A DNA stretch of 64,000 nt from Candidatus Segatella intestinihominis (lineage in GTDB: Bacteria > Bacteroidota > Bacteroidia > Bacteroidales > Bacteroidaceae). The position numbers and the translations under genes were made by a program. Below are positions 58,835 through 64,000 of this stretch, piece by piece (positions within the stretch are counted from its first letter, which is position 1; each line of letters starts with the position of its first letter). The stretch lies in assembly GCA_900548535.1 (NCBI GenBank), contig URLG01000002.1:25711-89710 (forward strand), read 5' to 3'. The notes beneath the pieces were generated by a model. The model did not search any database, had not been told where the DNA came from, and was given only the letters and a program-made list of their open reading frames with translations.

Positions 58835-60184
58835 ATGGCAAACATTTTGATTGTAGAGGACGACATCACATTCGGACTGATGATACAAACTTGGCTCAAG
58901 AAAAAGGGATTCCAAGTAGAGAAAGTAACATCTGTCAATGCCGCAAGCAAATTTCTTGATGAACATCCTAATATAAATCTTATTCTCTCCGATCTCCGCC
59001 TGCCCGACTATGACGGACTGGTACTCTTGGAAAGAATCAACCAGCAACATCTCTGCATACCATTCATCGTGATGACAAGCTATGCAGAGGTGCAAAACGC
59101 TGTGCTTGCCATGAAATCAGGAGCCACCGACTATGTGGCAAAGCCTTTCCATCCAGAAATTCTGCTAGAAAAGATTCAGGAAGCCTTGGCTAATCATACA
59201 AGCGAACTAACCTCATCAGCTGAGCAGAAAGCTGAAAGTTCAAAAGATAAGCCAGAAGATACGGCTACACCTAAATATATAGAAGGAGAAAGCAACGTAT
59301 CCAAACAACTATATAGTTATGTTTCGCTCGTGGCTCCCACCCCAATGTCGGTACTGATACTGGGAGACAGTGGTACGGGCAAAGAATACGTAGCCCGAAG
59401 AATACACGAACTAAGCCCAAGAAAAGACAAGCCATTCTTTGCACTCGACTGTGGAGCCATACCTAAAGACGTGGCGGCATCGGAATTTTTCGGCTATAAG
59501 AAAGGAGCTTTTACGGGCGCAGAACAAGATAAGAAGGGCGCCTTCGAGATGGCTAATGGCGGCACTTTGTTTCTTGATGAGATGGGCAACTTGAACTATG
59601 AGGTACAAGTACAACTGCTCCGTGCCTTGCAGGAAAGAAAGATTCGCCCACTGGGTAGCGCCCAAGAGATAGGCATTGATATCCGACTGGTATGCGCCAC
59701 CAATGAAAACCTGCAAAAGAGCGTAGCAGAAGGCGAGTTTAGGGAAGATCTCTATCATCGCATCAATGAATTTACCATCTTCATGCCTAAGCTCAAGGAC
59801 AGAGGTGCCGACATCTTCCTCTTTGCCAACCTATTTATCAAGCATGCCAACGAAGAGCTCAACAGAAATGTACTGGGGCTCGATGCCAAGGCGTCAGAGC
59901 GAATAGCCTCCTACGACTGGCCAGGCAATCTGCGAGAACTCAACAATGTGATGAAGCGTGCCACCCTGCTCACCAAAGGGAAATACATCGGCATCAACGA
60001 ACTGAACCAAGTAATGGGACACATGGAAGCACCAAGCAACATGGCACTTCACAACGAGCAAGACGAACAAGCCAGCATTGCAGCAGCTCTCAGAGCTACC
60101 CATGGCAACAAGAGCAAAGCAGCCCAACTACTGGGCGTAGATCGCAAAACGCTCTACAATAAAATGAAGAAATACGAGATGTAA
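58835..60184 (+). CDS. Sigma54-dependent NtrC-family response regulator (REC-AAA+-Fis HTH)
   Basis: ILIVEDD, GDSGTGKE, GAFTGA, LFLDE, WPGNLREL, NKSKAAQLLGVDRKTLY. Confidence 0.95.
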   Translation: MANILIVEDDITFGLMIQTWLKKKGFQVEKVTSVNAASKFLDEHPNINLILSDLRLPDYDGLVLLERINQQHLCIPFIVMTSYAEVQNAVLAMKSGATDYVAKPFHPEILLEKIQEALANHTSELTSSAEQKAESSKDKPEDTATPKYIEGESNVSKQLYSYVSLVAPTPMSVLILGDSGTGKEYVARRIHELSPRKDKPFFALDCGAIPKDVAASEFFGYKKGAFTGAEQDKKGAFEMANGGTLFLDEMGNLNYEVQVQLLRALQERKIRPLGSAQEIGIDIRLVCATNENLQKSVAEGEFREDLYHRINEFTIFMPKLKDRGADIFLFANLFIKHANEELNRNVLGLDAKASERIASYDWPGNLRELNNVMKRATLLTKGKYIGINELNQVMGHMEAPSNMALHNEQDEQASIAAALRATHGNKSKAAQLLGVDRKTLYNKMKKYEM

Positions 60185-60214
60185 GGCTGCAATTGGCATG
60201 CCTTCCCCAATACT

Positions 60215-60277
60215 GTGTAGAACTAATTCCCCAACTTTTTGGGGAATTATTCCACACTCTTTCCACACTTTCCACAC
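60215..60277. promoter_or_regulatory. Inverted repeat plus TTCCACAC x3: candidate enhancer (UAS) and/or terminator
   Basis: GTGTAGAACTAATTCCCCAA / TTGGGGAATTATTCCACAC, about 90-130 bp upstream of a -24/-12 motif. Confidence 0.55.
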
Positions 60278-60345
60278 ATACACATTTTTGGCATACACTA
60301 TGTCATGAGCTTATAATCAAGCGATTACAACTTTTCACACGTTTT

Positions 60346-60360
60346 TGGCACACCCATTGT
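60346..60360 (+). promoter_or_regulatory. Sigma54 -24/-12 promoter TGGCACA-CCCA-TTGT
   Basis: Correct TGGCAC-N5-TTG spacing; adjacent to a GAFTGA activator gene. Confidence 0.7.
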
Positions 60361-60448
60361 CTTACTATTTAGCGAACTCAGTCAATGACATGAGATTCGG
60401 TTAGATAGTAAAAAATATTTTATTCACAAATTTAAAAATAACAAGATT

Positions 60449-60664
60449 ATGAAAAAGTTAGTTTTTGCAGTTATCGCAGCAGTAGCAATGGTTTCAGTTA
60501 GCAACGTATTCGCAGCTAACAAGATGGTAAACATGACAACAGCAGAGCCTGTAGACTCAGTAGCTCCAGCAGACAGCACAGTATCTACAGACTCTACTCT
60601 CAGTATGGAAGAGGCTCCTGTAGCCGACTCTACATCAGTTAATCCAACTGCTACAGCAGAGTAA
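60449..60664 (+). CDS. Small exported acidic Ser/Thr-rich protein, 71 aa
   Basis: SPI-type signal MKKLVFAVIAAVAMVSVSNVFA; mature part has DSV/DST repeats; own terminator. Confidence 0.8.
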   Translation: MKKLVFAVIAAVAMVSVSNVFAANKMVNMTTAEPVDSVAPADSTVSTDSTLSMEEAPVADSTSVNPTATAE

Positions 60665-60701
60665 ATCATCTACAAGAAAACAGTAAAAAACGCGTCGCTT
60701 T

Positions 60702-60745
60702 GAAATACCAGCCTTCTATCAAACGAGGGCTGGTATTTTCATTTT
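60702..60745 (+). terminator. Terminator after the small exported protein
   Basis: AAATACCAGCCTTC...GAGGGCTGGTATTT stem followed by a T-rich tract. Confidence 0.75.
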
Positions 60746-60846
60746 CCACCCTATGCGCTCCTTATTTCCATTATTTTTTTGTAATTTTGCAGCCGTAAGC
60801 ATCCTATATATATAATAAGGTATAAAGAAGTAAACGAATAAGATAT

Positions 60847-63186
60847 ATGGCAAAGAATAATCTTCCTCTCAAAGTGGCACTCGGCTATGCAGCGGTAGTC
60901 GTGGTACTCGTTGCTGCCATCTGGCTGGTGTACATCAACACCCAGAGCATCCTCACCATCAACCAAGCCTCTCAAGAATATATCCAAAAACGAGAGAAAG
61001 CCGACAGCACGATGACCGCCTTGCTGAAGGAAGAGCAAAACAGCCTACATGGACTCTCTGATGTGCTCAATGAGAAAGATCCCAAAAGCTACCTGAAGCA
61101 GAAGATGAACGAACTAAACAATGGCAAAGACTCGGTAGTGGTGCATCAGAAAGTAGCAAAAACGCATGAGGCACAGAGCACTACAGTGGAAATCACCAAG
61201 TCGAAGAGGGGATTTTTCCGTCGCCTAGCCGATGCCTTCAAGAAAGAGCATGCCGAAACCCTGAGCGTTCATCGCGACAGCAATCACGCTGTTATAGATA
61301 CCATCACCCCTGTCAATGTAGCAGAAAACGTTGCGGATATTCTGGAGCAGATAGACAAGAAAGAGAAATCAGCGCACCAAGATAAAGCGCAAGCCGTTTC
61401 GCGAGAGATGAGGGATCTACAGATAGCCAACGCCCAGCTAGCCCTGCGCTCCGCCCAGCAACTCAACGACATTCACCAGCGAGAAAGAAGCGAGATGCAA
61501 AAGTCTATCCACCAGGCTATGCAAGCCCGCCAGCATCTCTTATGGCAGATAGAATTGCTAGCCATCATCGCCATCGTAGCCGTCCTCATCCTCTTCACTT
61601 ACATCTGGCAAGACAGCAAGAAAGAACGACTCTATCGAGAGAACTTGGAAAAAGCCAACGAAGAAATCAAGGCTGCCAACGAAGAGATACAGAGAGTGAT
61701 GAAGCAGAGAGAACGACTGCTCCTGACCATCACCCACGACATCAAAGCCCCAGCTGCTTCCATCTCAGGCTTCATCGATCTGCTCAAGGAAGATGTGAAA
61801 GGCGAAAGAGCCATCCAATGCCTCAACAACATGAAGCATTCCGCCACCCATCTCTCCCAACTCGTGGCCTCACTCCTAGACTATCACCAGTTAGAAAACA
61901 AGCAGATACAGATACATTCCGAACGCTTCAGCCCTGCCCATCTGATCCAGCAGAGCGTAGAAGAATTTAGCCTGCAAGCCCACCAAAAGGGGCTGACTAT
62001 AAATTGTCACATAACAGATCATACTCCTGATAGAGAGACATTCTATCTAGGAGATGCTTTCCGTATCCACCAGATTATTAACAACTTGCTCAGCAATGCC
62101 ATCAAATATACAGACCACGGCAGCATTCTGGTAACAGCATCTTGGAATAACCAGCTCACTCTCAGCGTAGCAGATACAGGCAAGGGAATGACTGCAGAAG
62201 AAACACAGAAAATATTCCAAGCATTCACTCGTCTGAAGAGTGCGCAAGGCATAGAGGGCACAGGCTTGGGACTCTCCATCACACATGAGCTGATAAGCCT
62301 GCTGGGTGGCAATATCCAAGTGGAATCAGTAGTGGGGAAAGGTTCTAAATTTACAGTTATCCTGCCTATCAAGAAGGCAGCCGATACTGACAAGAAACCC
62401 AAAAAAGGAGCTCAACTTCAGCCCAAAGACATGAGCGAGAAAGAGAATAAGCCATTGAGCTTCAGAAACAAAAAGCTACTCATCCTTGATGACGACAAAC
62501 TGCAATTACAACTTTTGCAAGAGATGCTTCACCGAATAATAGGCGATACCTGGCAGGTATTCGTTTGCCTCCACGTGTCCGAAGCCCTCACCCTGCTCCA
62601 TGATGAGCAGCCATCGCTGATGCTGCTAGACATCGAGATGCCCGAAATGAACGGCATGGACTTCATCCGCCACATCAACCACTCCCAGATGAAGGTTGTG
62701 GCGATGACAGCCCACGACTCCAGCATCCTAGAAGAGCTCCAGAAAGCAGGCTTCGACAATTGCCTCTTCAAGCCATTCCGCATAGAAAAGCTACAAGAGA
62801 TATTGGGAGTTAGCAAAGCTATCAATCAGCAAGTCCCTGAGAACAAGAGCAAAGCGAAGCAATCTCTCTTTGCCCCGTTCCTCGCCTTTGCCGGCGACGA
62901 CCCAGAGGCAGAAGCCGAACTCATACAGACGGTGAAGGAAGAAATGAGCCATTATGAGTCTACACTGAAAACAGCCTTAACCGCTCCATCGCTCAACACC
63001 TCAGCCATAGGCATGGCAGCCCACAAGCTTCTCCCCATCGCCACGATGCTCCAACTAGACTGCCTGGAGCCACTGCAAGCCTTGGCTCCCGAGCATATCC
63101 AGGAATTAGAAGAAAAAACCATCAGAGAATATACTCTGATGGTTATCAACTGTTTAGAGAATCTTAGAAGTTCACACCCACATTGA
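60847..63186 (+). CDS. Hybrid sensor histidine kinase (2 TM, HisKA, HATPase, REC, possible Hpt)
   Basis: ITHDIKAP, NLLSNAIKYT, DTGKG, GTGLGLSI, LLDIEMP, AAHKL. Confidence 0.93.
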   Translation: MAKNNLPLKVALGYAAVVVVLVAAIWLVYINTQSILTINQASQEYIQKREKADSTMTALLKEEQNSLHGLSDVLNEKDPKSYLKQKMNELNNGKDSVVVHQKVAKTHEAQSTTVEITKSKRGFFRRLADAFKKEHAETLSVHRDSNHAVIDTITPVNVAENVADILEQIDKKEKSAHQDKAQAVSREMRDLQIANAQLALRSAQQLNDIHQRERSEMQKSIHQAMQARQHLLWQIELLAIIAIVAVLILFTYIWQDSKKERLYRENLEKANEEIKAANEEIQRVMKQRERLLLTITHDIKAPAASISGFIDLLKEDVKGERAIQCLNNMKHSATHLSQLVASLLDYHQLENKQIQIHSERFSPAHLIQQSVEEFSLQAHQKGLTINCHITDHTPDRETFYLGDAFRIHQIINNLLSNAIKYTDHGSILVTASWNNQLTLSVADTGKGMTAEETQKIFQAFTRLKSAQGIEGTGLGLSITHELISLLGGNIQVESVVGKGSKFTVILPIKKAADTDKKPKKGAQLQPKDMSEKENKPLSFRNKKLLILDDDKLQLQLLQEMLHRIIGDTWQVFVCLHVSEALTLLHDEQPSLMLLDIEMPEMNGMDFIRHINHSQMKVVAMTAHDSSILEELQKAGFDNCLFKPFRIEKLQEILGVSKAINQQVPENKSKAKQSLFAPFLAFAGDDPEAEAELIQTVKEEMSHYESTLKTALTAPSLNTSAIGMAAHKLLPIATMLQLDCLEPLQALAPEHIQELEEKTIREYTLMVINCLENLRSSHPH

Positions 63187-63865
63187 GCATCAAGGCTCCA
63201 TTATGAGAGGTATCAAAGGTATCGTGACAGATATTGGCAAGACCGATGTCATAGGTCAGGTCGGCATAAAACATATCATACCCGATGCCGCATCCCAGTC
63301 GAAGTCCAGCGTCTGTGCGTCGGAAATTGCTGTCAGAGAAAGAGTTTTGCGCCTCACGGTCCTCAAAATTTTTGATCTTGCCGCCCACTCCCACAGCAAA
63401 ATATCCTCCCACCATAGGTTGGATAGAGAAGTGAGGGGCCACATGATATTGATACTTCAACACCAGCGGTATCTCCAGGTAGTTGAGATCATAAGTCATC
63501 TTCTTACCTGTGGAGAGTTTTTTCTTGCCACCCTTTTCAGTATATGAGAGTCCTGTTTCCAGATAGAGAGGTTGCTGGTCGGTGAGCGAGATGCCAGCCA
63601 CTACGCCCACATTGAGTCCCGCCTGCCATTTACCGCCATCCAGTCTGGAGTCGTCCGAGTTCACATAGGAGAATGCAGGTCCGATACGGAATCCGAAGTA
63701 GTTGTCATTTCTACTAAATCCCCTATCTCCATTCCATCCATTTCGCTTATTGTAGTCCAGATGTCCGGTACGCTGGTTGTAATATCTGCTGTCCTTATAG
63801 TTTTGAGCCGAAGTAGGCAGAGTAGCTATGAGCAGTGCCACCAAACCAAAAATCACTTTTTTCAT
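63164..63865 (-). CDS. Outer-membrane beta-barrel protein (porin/PorT-like family)
   Basis: Signal peptide, ETGLSYTEKG, LNYLEIPL, C-terminal VGVNF. Start may be 63874. Confidence 0.85.
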   Translation of the reverse strand: MKKVIFGLVALLIATLPTSAQNYKDSRYYNQRTGHLDYNKRNGWNGDRGFSRNDNYFGFRIGPAFSYVNSDDSRLDGGKWQAGLNVGVVAGISLTDQQPLYLETGLSYTEKGGKKKLSTGKKMTYDLNYLEIPLVLKYQYHVAPHFSIQPMVGGYFAVGVGGKIKNFEDREAQNSFSDSNFRRTDAGLRLGCGIGYDMFYADLTYDIGLANICHDTFDTSHNGALMLNVGVNF

Positions 63866-64000
63866 AATCGTCATTCTTTAAGCATTACTAATTGTCATTT
63901 TACTAATCTCGCGTCGCTTCCTAGCGATTTCATGCTGCAAAAATATAAAGAATCTCCGAGATAGCAAAGTGGAAAATCCCTATAAAGTGATGGGGAAAAT

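Noticed and set aside
60289..60303. Second sigma54-like motif TGGCATA-CACT-ATGT
   Set aside because: Poorer -12 match than 60346..60360 and cannot be supported separately.
63164..63186. 23-nt convergent overlap of the kinase and OMP genes
   Set aside because: Short 3' overlaps are common and there is no further sign of function.

Overview
Bacteroidota chromosomal DNA, most likely Prevotellaceae (Prevotella/Segatella-like). This is inferred from the TAnnTTTG promoters, the SusC/D locus and the gene content. Left to right: (1) the 5' part of a hybrid two-component sensor, preceded by three coupled small membrane ORFs, two of them paralogous ~31-aa peptides missing from the ORF track; (2) a starch/maltodextrin utilisation locus (SusA-like GH13, pullulanase, GH97, GH77, MFS transporter, LacI/MalR-type regulator, SusC/D/E/F) plus a detached secreted alpha-amylase; a LacI-type operator sits about 62 bp upstream of four of its promoters; (3) a tandem duplication of an Rpn/PD-(D/E)XK nuclease gene inside that regulon, with identical 5' halves, diverged 3' halves and 60-bp palindromic elements around it; (4) housekeeping genes from nadK to nadD; (5) a ~17.5-kb surface-glycan decoration region. 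This region contains a mycobacterial-style polyprenyl-phospho-ribose route (UbiA-type DPPR synthase, HAD phosphatase, GtrA, two GT-C-like membrane proteins) with no DprE1/E2 in the window, plus three acyltransferases, a phosphoethanolamine transferase, a CDP-alditol/LicD module, glycosyltransferases and Wzx; (6) a degenerate ThiE-like protein, a sigma54 activator/small secreted protein/hybrid kinase module and a beta-barrel OMP. No rRNA, tRNA or CRISPR array was recognised. All family assignments come from reading motifs by eye, not from database searches.
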